DNA of 64,000 nt, taken from NCBI GenBank assembly GCA_027486005.1, contig JAIXPZ010000067.1, forward strand, positions 2,119 to 66,118, written 5' to 3'. The position numbers and the translations under genes are program-made. This document shows positions 8,755-18,852 of this stretch, piece after piece. The notes under the pieces are model-generated. The model searched no databases. It was not told where the DNA came from and was given only the letters and a program-made list of their open reading frames with translations. The first letter of the stretch is position 1. Each line of letters opens with the position of its first letter. The DNA is from Legionellales bacterium (lineage in GTDB: Bacteria; Pseudomonadota; Gammaproteobacteria; JAGOUN01).

Positions 8755-11595
8755 TTAAGTACCACTGAAGGCAAATACCGACTTCTGATTCTTATCATTT
8801 GTTTTCGGTGACGCTTGAGAGTTATCACCAGCTTTTTGAAATCCTTTTAAAAAAGAAGAGAATACACCCCCTTCGGAAGGAGGGGGTGTCATGCCAGATT
8901 CAACAGTCACAATCCCATTTTTTGTCGATTCGCTGGGCGGCACTTGAACGTAAGAACTAGGAGGCTCTTCTTTTGAGCCCCTAAAGAAATTTATCACCGA
9001 ATCAGTCAGAGAGGGTATCTCAGTCACAGAGGGTATCTTAAGAACAAAGTTTACTTCTTGATTTATTTGTTGAAGAAGCGACTGAATATCAGAGGGCAAT
9101 AATGACGCATCCAGAGTCAACTTACGAAGATCAGGGATTGGATTCTCCTGAGCATTCTCCTCAGCATTCTCCTCAGCATTCTCCTCAGCATTCTCCTGAG
9201 CATTCTTCTGATCCAGCGCTGAAGCGAGGTGATCGTTGATCGCCTGAAACTGGTCCTTGCACGTCTTATCCGCTTTTCCTAAGGGAATGGATGCAAACAA
9301 ACTATAGGTCGCCAAAAGTTTAAAGTCACTGTTAGGATGCTGAATTAAATTATATTGAAGCTGGTCAAAAAAAAGCCCCTGAAATTCCTGGTTCATTTTA
9401 CTTAAATTATAAGGTTGAATTTCTATACGGTTTCCGCCAGGGAAAATCACACTACCATCTGGCAATATTTGTCGAAGTTGCGTCACAAGCCTATGACAAG
9501 CGGAATCATTAATTCCAGCGATCACAGGAATGTTACTCTTCAATGCATCATCCAAAGTTAGCCAACTCAATACAAGAGGATTAGTACCAGCCGCTGAAGT
9601 TTGACTAGGCAAAACTTGCTCGATTTTTCTTGACCAAAACTTTAATTGCTGAGGAAATTTAGAGTTGTTTTTATAAGTCTCAGGATGATGCACTATAAAC
9701 CAATCGATTAAACTTTTTATGTACACGAGATTAAAATTTAGCTTCCATGCGGAATACTTATCGTATACATCAGCAGAGGCTATAATTATTATATTATCGC
9801 TTTTTTTAAAAGAATTTACTTCCTCCCCAATAATTGTCTTGGCCATGTTTTCAATAATGTCAAAAAACGATGTCTGCAGACTGCGCAACTCAGAAGCATC
9901 GCAAGCTTCTTGTAATGGTTTTTTTTCTGGCACTGCAGTGCATATTATTTCCTGAGCGAACATACCCATGCTTTCCAATGCTGCTTTAACAGTCTTCGTC
10001 ACTTGATTCTCAGCAGGCACCACCAACGAACCAGGAAAATATTTTAGCAGCCAAGAAAAGCTAATATTTTCCTCTTTTGGCCATGACTTAAAAGTGCTTA
10101 ACTTTCGCAACCATGCTTCGCCCCCTATAAAGCTACTTTCTAACAACGTTTTTAAAAAATTACTCTCCTCGGCTTTAGTTGAGAAAATCAATGCAATACT
10201 TGTCATAAGCACTGAAAAATATACTTCGGGACTAGAGTTATCTAAAAAATCCTGATCCAATGGCCCTAAAAAACCAGCATAGGAATGCCCTGGAACAAGA
10301 GTTGATTTTAATCCTTGCTGTGGAGTCCAAGAAATGGGAAAAAATACTGGAACAGGAACACCATTATCAGTCGTCACCAATCCTGCAGGAGTCAACTCAA
10401 GGGGGTAATATACCTGAACGTTATCACCACTTTTTTCTTTAATATTATACTGAAAAATAAAATAGACTAACGCCTGCAGCCCATCGACTGTTTTGGGAAG
10501 ATTTTTAGGATTAATTTGAGGGTTACTGTTTAGAAATTCTGTAGTAGAACAGTCTACAATAGTGTTTTGATACTGCTCAAGAGTATTAATACGTTTTTTT
10601 ACAACTCTATTCTTTTCACACTCAGGCTGTTCCCCAGAAACAAATGTTTCTATTGCTTTTAGATGCCGCATTTGTCCAAAAGCAGTGCGAATGTTATCAA
10701 TTTTTTCCTGAGCATTGCGAAACTCTGCATCAGGAAGATGCTTTTTCCTGTATTGGCTAAGACGCTTCAAGCGACGCTCTACGGCGATCATCTCTTGCTC
10801 ATTTAAATCACGCTTGTCCGCTGCTTCTAAAAGTAATTTTACAGTTTTTTGTTCAGAAGATAGGCAAAAAATACTATTCCAGTAACTTGGGATTTTTTTC
10901 TTTATACTGGATAAAAGTTGTTCTGAGGATGCCTGAGAATTACTGGCATCAGTAATATTATAGATACTCTCTATATTCATTCTTATGCTGTCTTGGAGAC
11001 TCTGCCGTGGGGAAACCTCCACATTATCTGTTGGCTTAACTCGTACTCTCTGGGTCGTTTGATTCGTCGTGGACGTGTTTGTCTGCGTGGAAGAAATGGG
11101 CTTTCTTAACAAGCCAGGATATTTTGCGCATAAATATAAACGTTCCCAATATTTTTTACGTTCGGGACTTTCCTCAGACTGAATCATTTCAGAGATATTA
11201 TCTAAACCAAGGTTTTTTTCTAATACCTCTAACTCTTCACGCTTTTTTTTTCTTGCCTGAATCACCTCCAGCTTTGTAGATTCTGCTTGCTTTAACTGAA
11301 AACGACATGCCTGAAAAATAGAATCAGAATCGTCAGCTGGAATGAGTTGGTCAGAATTTACGCCTCCACTCAAATTGTCTAGCTCAACTTGAAAGGGATT
11401 GGACTTCCAAAATTTCTTGGCATATAAGGGCTTACGATTCCATTCGTCAATTTGACATTTTAAACAATATTTTTTCTCTTCGAATCTAATTTGAAGCAGT
11501 ACTTGCTGAAGCTCTTCTGCAATCTTATCTGATTGAGATTCTGCTAACTCTTCAGTACTATCTTTTGACCTACTCGTAGAAAGTTCGCTGAACAT
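8755..11595 (-). CDS. Orphan effector-like protein, paralog family member 1
   Basis: 946 aa; shares LP..L.ALVYFIFQ.NI...FFPISWT...GL and YFS.LM motifs with the ORFs at 29519, 32685 and 33451. Confidence 0.85.
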   Translation of the reverse strand: MFSELSTSRSKDSTEELAESQSDKIAEELQQVLLQIRFEEKKYCLKCQIDEWNRKPLYAKKFWKSNPFQVELDNLSGGVNSDQLIPADDSDSIFQACRFQLKQAESTKLEVIQARKKKREELEVLEKNLGLDNISEMIQSEESPERKKYWERLYLCAKYPGLLRKPISSTQTNTSTTNQTTQRVRVKPTDNVEVSPRQSLQDSIRMNIESIYNITDASNSQASSEQLLSSIKKKIPSYWNSIFCLSSEQKTVKLLLEAADKRDLNEQEMIAVERRLKRLSQYRKKHLPDAEFRNAQEKIDNIRTAFGQMRHLKAIETFVSGEQPECEKNRVVKKRINTLEQYQNTIVDCSTTEFLNSNPQINPKNLPKTVDGLQALVYFIFQYNIKEKSGDNVQVYYPLELTPAGLVTTDNGVPVPVFFPISWTPQQGLKSTLVPGHSYAGFLGPLDQDFLDNSSPEVYFSVLMTSIALIFSTKAEESNFLKTLLESSFIGGEAWLRKLSTFKSWPKEENISFSWLLKYFPGSLVVPAENQVTKTVKAALESMGMFAQEIICTAVPEKKPLQEACDASELRSLQTSFFDIIENMAKTIIGEEVNSFKKSDNIIIIASADVYDKYSAWKLNFNLVYIKSLIDWFIVHHPETYKNNSKFPQQLKFWSRKIEQVLPSQTSAAGTNPLVLSWLTLDDALKSNIPVIAGINDSACHRLVTQLRQILPDGSVIFPGGNRIEIQPYNLSKMNQEFQGLFFDQLQYNLIQHPNSDFKLLATYSLFASIPLGKADKTCKDQFQAINDHLASALDQKNAQENAEENAEENAEENAQENPIPDLRKLTLDASLLPSDIQSLLQQINQEVNFVLKIPSVTEIPSLTDSVINFFRGSKEEPPSSYVQVPPSESTKNGIVTVESGMTPPPSEGGVFSSFLKGFQKAGDNSQASPKTNDKNQKSVFAFSGT
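9142..9205. repeat. 12-bp coding tandem repeat x5 (NAEE/NAQE)
   Basis: attctcct(c/g)agc repeated five times in frame. Confidence 0.95.
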
Positions 11596-11637
11596 GTTAT
11601 TTCACCATCGCGCATAATAAATACACTAAAAGGACAT

Positions 11638-11744
11638 TAATTTCTTAAATCGACCTCTTCCGATGCATCTTGCCGATAACGAATGCCGTTATCATTTCCC
11701 GATTCTGGATTGTACGCATCATTACTTTGCTTGTGAAGAAATTA
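11638..11744. mobile_element. About 105-bp palindromic MITE (RPE-like) abutting the cysS stop codon
   Basis: Terminal inverted repeats taatttctt/aagaaatta (TA at both ends); internal hairpin gataacg-aatgc-cgttatc; one minus-strand frame stays open across it. Confidence 0.55.
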
Positions 11745-13115
11745 TTTCCTGCGCCATCGGGTTCCTTGAATACTATCTTCAATAACAATACCCATCACTT
11801 GTAATTCATCGCGAATCCGGTCAGATTCTTTCCAATTTTTAGCAGCACGCGCTTCTTCTCTTTTTTGTAATAAATTTTCAATCAAAGCCGCATCTGCTCC
11901 ATGGCCTTGCAAAAAGGTTTCAGCAGAAGACGCCAATAAACCCAAACTGTTGGCTAAATAACGCAACGTAGCCGCAAGAATTTCTGCTGAATCAAAATCA
12001 ACTGCCTTCTCAATATTGATATCACGCGCCAACTCAAACAATACAGCCAATGCTTCTGGCGTATTAAAGTCATCATTCATTACTTCAGTAAAACGAGTGA
12101 TGTATCCTTCATGGTATATAGCACCCGTCGCATCTAAACCACGCAACGCAATGTATAATGTTTCCAAAGCACTGTGCGCTTGTGCCAGCATCGTTTCACT
12201 ATAATTTAATGGTTTACGATATTGACTGGATAACATAAAAAAGCGTAATACTTCCGACGAATGCTGACTTAAGACATCTTGAATCGTGAAAAAATTACCT
12301 AAGGATTTTGACATTTTTTCGCCATTAACCTGCAACAAACCCGCATGCATCCAAATATTGGCAAAGTGTTCGCCGGTTGCTGCTTCTGACTGAGCAATCT
12401 CATTTTCATGATGCGGAAATTTCAAATCCATCCCACCTCCATGAATATCGAAATGATTCCCCAAGCATTTTGTCGACATCGCAGAACACTCAATATGCCA
12501 ACCCGGGCGCCCTTCTCCCCAGGGTGATGACCAATGCGGTTCACCGGGTTTAGATAATTTCCACAAAACAAAATCTAGTGGATCGCGTTTGCCTTCATTG
12601 ATAACTACACGCTCACCGACGCGCAATTCATCAATGTTTCGATTCGAAAGTTTTCCATATTCAGGAAAGTGACGAACTTCAAAACATACATCGCCATTGT
12701 CGGCAACATAAGCATGTTGCTTTGTAATGAGCTGTTCAATCATCGCAACAATCTCAGTCATATATTCTGTGGCACGTGGTTCAATATCCGGAGATAATAA
12801 ATCTAATGCTTTTTCATCTTGATGCATAACATCAATAAATCGTTCGGATAACGCGGTGCTATCTTCGCCTAACTCATTGGCACGACGAATAATTTTATCA
12901 TCAACATCAGTAATATTACGTACGTAAATCACGCGGTAACCTAACCAACGCAAATAACGCACCACCATATCAAACGCCACCATTGAACGCGCATGGCCGA
13001 TATGACATAAATCATAAACCGTTATGCCGCAAACGTATAATGTAATCACGCCAGGCGTTAACGGGATTAATAATTCTTTTTTTTCTGTTAACGTATTATA
13101 GATTTTGATATCCAT
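11742..13115 (-). CDS. cysS: Cysteine--tRNA ligase
   Basis: YVCGITVYDLCHIGH, GRPGWHIECSAM, KMSKSLGNF. Confidence 0.98.
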   Translation of the reverse strand: MDIKIYNTLTEKKELLIPLTPGVITLYVCGITVYDLCHIGHARSMVAFDMVVRYLRWLGYRVIYVRNITDVDDKIIRRANELGEDSTALSERFIDVMHQDEKALDLLSPDIEPRATEYMTEIVAMIEQLITKQHAYVADNGDVCFEVRHFPEYGKLSNRNIDELRVGERVVINEGKRDPLDFVLWKLSKPGEPHWSSPWGEGRPGWHIECSAMSTKCLGNHFDIHGGGMDLKFPHHENEIAQSEAATGEHFANIWMHAGLLQVNGEKMSKSLGNFFTIQDVLSQHSSEVLRFFMLSSQYRKPLNYSETMLAQAHSALETLYIALRGLDATGAIYHEGYITRFTEVMNDDFNTPEALAVLFELARDINIEKAVDFDSAEILAATLRYLANSLGLLASSAETFLQGHGADAALIENLLQKREEARAAKNWKESDRIRDELQVMGIVIEDSIQGTRWRRK

Positions 13116-13142
13116 GATTTTCCTTACCGCTCTCTCTACCGT

Positions 13143-13169
13143 GTCATCCCAGCGCAGGCTAGGACCCAG
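13143..13169 (+). repeat. CGTC/TGTC-type palindromic repeat between gltX and cysS
   Basis: gtcatcccagcgcaggctaggacccag; stem tcccagc/gctagga. Confidence 0.6.
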
Positions 13170-13179
13170 TCTTAAATAA

Positions 13180-14589
13180 CTATAAAATATCTTGTATTAG
13201 CTTGAATCTTCGTTTCAAACTTTCTTTCCCCAGCAAATCAAACACCGCCGCCAATTCCGGCCCGTGTTGCGCTTTCGTAAGTGCAATTCTCAATGGCATA
13301 AACAAAGCCTTACCTTTAAGGTTTAATTTTTCTTTCAATCCATCACATAAAGCAGCATAAGTATCTACTTCATTTAATAATTTTTCAGCAGTGATAAAAA
13401 ACTCTTTTCCTGCTGTCATAAGAACTTCACGCTCTCCATCAGAAAAATGTGGTTTCTCAGCAAACATTGCCTCAGCCCAAATATAAACATCGCTAGGAAA
13501 TACACTATTACTTTGAACAAGCTTAAAAAAATCTTCTAGCTTTTCTTGAGGAACATGCAAAACAACTCCGGCACCCGCCCAATCATATAATTCTGTTGGA
13601 GTCAGCTGCATCACCGCTTCTTTTTGCCAATGCAATAACTGCTGCTCATCGTAACGCGCTGAGGCTTTCACCAACTTCTCCACATTAAAATATTTTGCGC
13701 AATCATCAAAACTCATCAAATCATTATGATCGGTATACACATGACCCAAACGCGATAAATAATTCACCACGGCTATCGCTAAAAATCCTTCTTCACGCAA
13801 CTGGCGAATACTGCGACTACCATTTCGTTTAGAAAGCGGACTACCATCTGAACCGGTAATTAATGAAAGATGTCCATACTGCGGCACTGGCAAGCCCAAG
13901 ATCTCAAGAATCAAAATCTGTCTAGGCGTATTAGTTAAATGATCTTCGCCACGTAACGCTAAATTAACCCCCATTAAGGCATCATCAATCGCATTGCAAA
14001 ACATAAACGTCGCCATGCCATCGGTTTTTTTAATAATAAAATCGCCTAAGTCGCTACTTGAAAATTTTTGATGGCCACGCACGAGATCATTGAACCCTAT
14101 TGCACGATCTTCTTGTACACGAAAACGTAAAGCTGCTGGCTGTCCTTGCGCTAATTTCTCTGCCACTTCTGTTGCTGATAAATGCGAACATGTCCCAGCA
14201 TATCGCGGGGGTTTCCCCAACTTACGTTGAATACGTCGCGCAGCTTCTAAGGATTCTTCTGAGCAAAAACACGGATACGCCAAACCTTGATCAATCAACT
14301 GTTGATAATATCGATCATAAACAGCGGTTCGCTGCGACTGCCAATAAGGCCCATGACCTTTATCAACACCAGGACCTTCATTCCATTGACACCCAAGCCA
14401 CTGTAAATCTTCTTGAAGCGCCGTGACATATTCTTCTTCTGAACGCGCTAAATCAGTGTCTTCAATCCGCAATAGAAAACAACCGTCACTTGTTTGACGT
14501 GCGGCTAACGCACTAAATAAAGCGGTTCTGGCATTGCCTAAATGAATATAACCGGTGGGGCTTGGGCAAAATCTGGACTTTACAATCAT
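13180..14589 (-). CDS. gltX: Glutamate--tRNA ligase
   Basis: RFCPSPTGYIHLGNART, LRIEDTD, YPCFCS, RGEDH, PLSKR, LFMPLRIALT. Confidence 0.96.
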   Translation of the reverse strand: MIVKSRFCPSPTGYIHLGNARTALFSALAARQTSDGCFLLRIEDTDLARSEEEYVTALQEDLQWLGCQWNEGPGVDKGHGPYWQSQRTAVYDRYYQQLIDQGLAYPCFCSEESLEAARRIQRKLGKPPRYAGTCSHLSATEVAEKLAQGQPAALRFRVQEDRAIGFNDLVRGHQKFSSSDLGDFIIKKTDGMATFMFCNAIDDALMGVNLALRGEDHLTNTPRQILILEILGLPVPQYGHLSLITGSDGSPLSKRNGSRSIRQLREEGFLAIAVVNYLSRLGHVYTDHNDLMSFDDCAKYFNVEKLVKASARYDEQQLLHWQKEAVMQLTPTELYDWAGAGVVLHVPQEKLEDFFKLVQSNSVFPSDVYIWAEAMFAEKPHFSDGEREVLMTAGKEFFITAEKLLNEVDTYAALCDGLKEKLNLKGKALFMPLRIALTKAQHGPELAAVFDLLGKESLKRRFKLIQDIL

Positions 14590-14726
14590 TTGATTCTCGA
14601 TTTCTATGAAACATATAAAACTAGGAGCTAGAATAACTGATCAGCAAAAAAATGACTAGCTAAAAGCTACCATTAATTAAGGAAATGTACTATCATAACG
14701 GAGTACAAAAAAACAGGAACCTTGTC

Positions 14727-15050
14727 ATGCAAACAGTCGGTATACGCGCTTTACGCATAAACCCTGGATTATTAAGCAGCAACGCTAAAAAAGGCGTGTT
14801 GACACTGGTTACCAATCATTCTGTACCAGTTTCTCTCTCTATACCCTTTGATGACTCACTGCTTTCTTTGGGCATTCACGTATTTTTGGCGATTAAATTA
14901 TTTGAAGAAGGCAACCTTACATTACAACGAGCGGCAAAATTAGCAAACTTACCTACAGAAACATTTTTAAGTCGATTAGCCACGTTAGGAATCACTGTAG
15001 TGGATCAACCAACAAGCGAATTAGACGCGGAACTTAAGCATTTTGAGTAA
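14727..15050 (+). CDS. UPF0175-family putative antitoxin
   Basis: LAIKLFEEGNLTLQRAAKLA...F...L...GI pattern; ATG 14727 preceded by AGGA; overlaps the PIN gene. Confidence 0.8.
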   Translation: MQTVGIRALRINPGLLSSNAKKGVLTLVTNHSVPVSLSIPFDDSLLSLGIHVFLAIKLFEEGNLTLQRAAKLANLPTETFLSRLATLGITVVDQPTSELDAELKHFE

Positions 15051-15540
15051 CATTATTGTTTCTGACACAGGACCATTGATTGCTTTAGCTCTCATCGAAT
15101 TACTGCCGAAACTTAATCAACTTTTTGAAATTGTTTATGTTCCAGATGTTGTTTATGAAGAAGCGACTATCGACCTGACAAAACCTGGCGCTCAGTCCAT
15201 CGAGCAAATTGCCAAAAGCTCATGGTTTAAAATAAAAAAAGTCACTTTGAATGGTGAATTTGAGATACTGGCGGATTTATTAGACCCTGGCGAAGCCGCT
15301 GCAATAGCATTAGCAAAACACAAAAAAGCACTGCTTTTAATCGATGAACGCAAAGGAAGGCGAGTTGCACAGAATCATGATATTGCTGTTATAGGGACAG
15401 CTACTATTTTAATTAAAGCAAAAGAAAACAAGCTGATTTTATCAGCAAAACCCTTACTCGAAAAACTCTTATTGCATGGTTACCGCTTTTCAACAAATCT
15501 TGTCATAGATATATTAGAACGCTGTAATGAAAATGATTAA
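15043..15540 (+). CDS. DUF3368-type PIN-domain (VapC-like) toxin
   Basis: IVSDTGPLIAL, LDPGEAAAIALA, LLIDERKGRRVA, GT..IL. Confidence 0.88.
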   Translation: MSNIIVSDTGPLIALALIELLPKLNQLFEIVYVPDVVYEEATIDLTKPGAQSIEQIAKSSWFKIKKVTLNGEFEILADLLDPGEAAAIALAKHKKALLLIDERKGRRVAQNHDIAVIGTATILIKAKENKLILSAKPLLEKLLLHGYRFSTNLVIDILERCNEND

Positions 15541-16247
15541 GACGACATCATTCCCTTCAATAACTCTCGCGTTTTCAGTGGTTTTCCACCCAACAATGGC
15601 CGAATTGCAAGTCGCATTAAACGTTTTGCTGCTTGTAATGCTTTAGGATTGGCGAATTGGTCATTGGCAATTGCTTGTAAATCTTCGCCTATAAAAATAT
15701 CCACGCCCTCTTTTTTTTCTGCTTGAATAAATCCATGCTCAGGAACGAATTGATAATAGTGATCATAGATAATCGCATGCCTTGAGTTTGCATCATGCGT
15801 TAAAGGTAATTCATACCCCAGGGCTTCTAATAAATTTTTCTCAAAAATTCGTAATGACTTTTCAAGTGGATTGGCATTTTCTAAAGCCAGTAATGTGGCA
15901 TGATAGGTGAAATAAAGATGTGCATTATGTTCTTCTTTAGGAAGCAATCGCATTAACAACTCATTCATGTACCATGCGCTCATCAATGGCACTCCCTTCA
16001 ATAGAATGGGAGACCCCACTGTTTCAGCGAGAGTCAATGTTTTTAACTGGCTCTTGCCGCATGCATTAAAATGCAAAGGTGTGAATGGTTGCAGCAATCC
16101 TTTCAGTGGGGAGCGCTCCGTTCGCACTCCTTTGGCAATTATGGAAATACGACCATGATGCTGCAAAAAACACTCAAGAATAACACTGGTTTCACGATAA
16201 GGATAACGATGTAGAATGAAACCGTCGTCAATGATTTGGTTATTCAT
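15537..16247 (-). CDS. recO: DNA repair protein RecO
   Basis: FILHRYPYRETS, LQPFTPL, YMNELL.RLL, LGGKPLKTREL; follows rnc-era. Confidence 0.96.
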   Translation of the reverse strand: MNNQIIDDGFILHRYPYRETSVILECFLQHHGRISIIAKGVRTERSPLKGLLQPFTPLHFNACGKSQLKTLTLAETVGSPILLKGVPLMSAWYMNELLMRLLPKEEHNAHLYFTYHATLLALENANPLEKSLRIFEKNLLEALGYELPLTHDANSRHAIIYDHYYQFVPEHGFIQAEKKEGVDIFIGEDLQAIANDQFANPKALQAAKRLMRLAIRPLLGGKPLKTRELLKGMMSS

Positions 16248-16256
16248 GACGATACG

Positions 16257-17150
16257 TCAAGATTCATACCCAAATGACTGAATCATTTCGTCATTTTCTG
16301 TCCAACCCTCTTTTACTTTCACCCACAGCTGTAAAAACACTTTCTTTTTGGCAAATTTCTCCATATCTAAACGTGCTTCCATGCCTATGCGCTTCAAAGT
16401 CTCACCCTTGTCGCCAATCACAATCGCTTTTTGACCATCACGCTCTACCCACAATAACCCTGCAACACGAATAAGATTTTCCTCGTGTACGATCTGTTCG
16501 ATTTCAACAGCTACACTATAAGGCACTTCTTCGCCCAAAAATCGCATAATTTTTTCTCGAATCATTTCAGCATACAAAAACGCTTCCGTCCTATCCGTTA
16601 ATTGATTTTCTGCATAAAAAAATTCTTGTGCTGGCAAATACTTTTCAGCAGTTTTTTCTAAATCAGAAACATTGATATTGCTTAAAGCAGAAATGGGGAC
16701 AATTTCTAAAAAATTGTGCATCGCTTGCATCTTTTGAATAATAGGCAACAAATCATATTTTGCTTTTATTTCATCAATTTTATTGAGCACCAATATTGTT
16801 GGGCGATCGACTTTTTTAATGAGGGCTAACACCGCTTCATCATCGCGAGTAAAACGTGTTGCATCTACTACCCACAACAATAAATCAACATCATATGCAG
16901 CATGAACCGCGGAGCGATTTAAATAACGATGTAAAGCACCCGGCGTCACATCACGGTAGCCAGGGGTATCCACATAAATGGCTTGTGTATTTTTTTGGGT
17001 TTTAATTCCCAAAATATTATGTCGAGTAGTTTGAGCTTTTCTGGACGTGCTAACTAATTTTCTTTCCATAATCGCATTGAGTAATGTCGATTTACCAGCA
17101 TTAGGTCTGCCAACAACGGCAACATGCCCACAACGTTTTTCAATGACCAT
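16257..17150 (-). CDS. era: GTPase Era
   Basis: GRPNAGKS, QTTRH, DTPG, NKID, KH domain with LWVKVKEGW. Confidence 0.97.
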   Translation of the reverse strand: MVIEKRCGHVAVVGRPNAGKSTLLNAIMERKLVSTSRKAQTTRHNILGIKTQKNTQAIYVDTPGYRDVTPGALHRYLNRSAVHAAYDVDLLLWVVDATRFTRDDEAVLALIKKVDRPTILVLNKIDEIKAKYDLLPIIQKMQAMHNFLEIVPISALSNINVSDLEKTAEKYLPAQEFFYAENQLTDRTEAFLYAEMIREKIMRFLGEEVPYSVAVEIEQIVHEENLIRVAGLLWVERDGQKAIVIGDKGETLKRIGMEARLDMEKFAKKKVFLQLWVKVKEGWTENDEMIQSFGYES

Positions 17151-17820
17151 TTTGAATCCTCTCTATCATTAGAGCTGCAGCAGTTTGCTCAGCCTGTCGA
17201 CGATTATTGCCCTGCGCCTGGGTACATTCGTTCAATGCCTCGACGTGACATTCTATTGTAAAAAATTGACAATGTGCTTCGCCAGATTTTTCAATGACGA
17301 TATATTTAGGTAAAGCCAAGCGACGCGCTTGCAGTAATTCTTGTAGCTGGGTTTTTGCATCGACATGTTGTTGTTCTAAACTGATCATCGTTAACGTATC
17401 ACCATACCAACGCAGAACACATCGTTGGCACGTTGCAAAATCACTGTCCATATAAACAGCGCCAATTAAGGCCTCCACTGTACCAGCTAAAATTGAATCG
17501 CGATAATTACCTGCAACGCGTATTTCCCCTGGGCCTACAACGATAAATTCAGACAATCTAAACACTTTTGCTAATTCAGCTAAGGCCTCACCCTTAACTA
17601 ACGAGGCCCGCATGCGGCTCAATTGCCCTTCTTGTGCTTCAGGAAATTTATGAAATAGATAATTCCCTACTGCAAAATTTAAAATTGAATCCCCTAAAAA
17701 TTCTAAGCGTTCGTTATTGTTTTTGGACGCACTAGAATGCGTCAATGCTTGCATTAATAATGCTTTATCTAAGAAATCATAGGCTAAAATCCGCTCGACA
17801 TGACCTAGTGCAGAGATCAT
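17140..17820 (-). CDS. rnc: Ribonuclease III
   Basis: NERLEFLGDS signature plus dsRBD (KTQLQELLQ). Confidence 0.97.
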   Translation of the reverse strand: MISALGHVERILAYDFLDKALLMQALTHSSASKNNNERLEFLGDSILNFAVGNYLFHKFPEAQEGQLSRMRASLVKGEALAELAKVFRLSEFIVVGPGEIRVAGNYRDSILAGTVEALIGAVYMDSDFATCQRCVLRWYGDTLTMISLEQQHVDAKTQLQELLQARRLALPKYIVIEKSGEAHCQFFTIECHVEALNECTQAQGNNRRQAEQTAAALMIERIQNGH

Positions 17821-18836
17821 GCGGTTTCCCCTGCTGGTTCATTTTTTACTTGCACCGACAAACCACTGCGTTTCCAACGCAAATTATAGCTATTTTTGTC
17901 CCAACTAATTAAGACATATAAAGGCTTCCCAACAATATAGCTTTCAGGTACAAACCCCCAAGTGCGACTATCGGCGCTATCATCACGATTATCGCCAATC
18001 ATAAAATACATATTATCTGGCACCGTAAGATTGGTAAAATTATCCGCTTCTCTTGATGGAAATTGATAAATTTCATGCTTCACGCCCAACAAATCTTCTT
18101 GTCGTTTCAATGCATCTACTATATTGCCATTTTCAAGGACATACGGCACGTTTTCTAGCGTGTTTTGTTTAGCTTCCACACCATTAATATAAAATACTTT
18201 GTCGACATAACTTATTGTATCCCCAGGCACACCAACAACACGTTTAATGAAATCGACTTTTGGATTCACTGGCCAATGGAAAACAACAATATCACCGCGC
18301 TTTGGTTCGTGCATGGCCACTATTTTTTTATTAATAATCGGTAGTCGGAGACCATAATCAAATTTATTCACTAAAATAAAATCGCCAGGAATTAGCGTAG
18401 GCTCTAATGAGCCTGTGGGGATTCGAAACGGTTCAAATATAAAAGAACGTAGCACTAATACTAATAACAGCACCAAAAAAAATGAACGAGAATAATCAAT
18501 GATAACTGGCATGCCTTTGGATAAATAATCTTCTTCATCGGTATTGAGCACTGCGCGCTTTTCTTTGATTCGGAGATAACGATTTCGACGAAAACGTGCG
18601 AAGAGTATTTTATCTAAAAAATATACGGCGCCAGAAAAAATTGTCGCCAAGGTTAAAACATATTCGAAATTTTCCGTGCTAATGAAATATGCAATCGCAG
18701 AAAAAATAAATATAAATTCTGTGGCAGCAATCACTGGCGCTTTGCGGGTGCGTCTTTTGGCCATAAAGGCAAGATCTAACAATAGCATCACTGTTGATGC
18801 TAACCATAATCCTATTACTATTTGATTAAACGACAT
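17817..18836 (-). CDS. lepB: Signal peptidase I with extended N-terminus
   Basis: RSFIFEPFRIPTGSLEPTL, DFIKRVVG, GDNRDDSADSR. Confidence 0.96.
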   Translation of the reverse strand: MSFNQIVIGLWLASTVMLLLDLAFMAKRRTRKAPVIAATEFIFIFSAIAYFISTENFEYVLTLATIFSGAVYFLDKILFARFRRNRYLRIKEKRAVLNTDEEDYLSKGMPVIIDYSRSFFLVLLLVLVLRSFIFEPFRIPTGSLEPTLIPGDFILVNKFDYGLRLPIINKKIVAMHEPKRGDIVVFHWPVNPKVDFIKRVVGVPGDTISYVDKVFYINGVEAKQNTLENVPYVLENGNIVDALKRQEDLLGVKHEIYQFPSREADNFTNLTVPDNMYFMIGDNRDDSADSRTWGFVPESYIVGKPLYVLISWDKNSYNLRWKRSGLSVQVKNEPAGETA

Positions 18837-18852
18837 AATTCCTCACTTTAAT

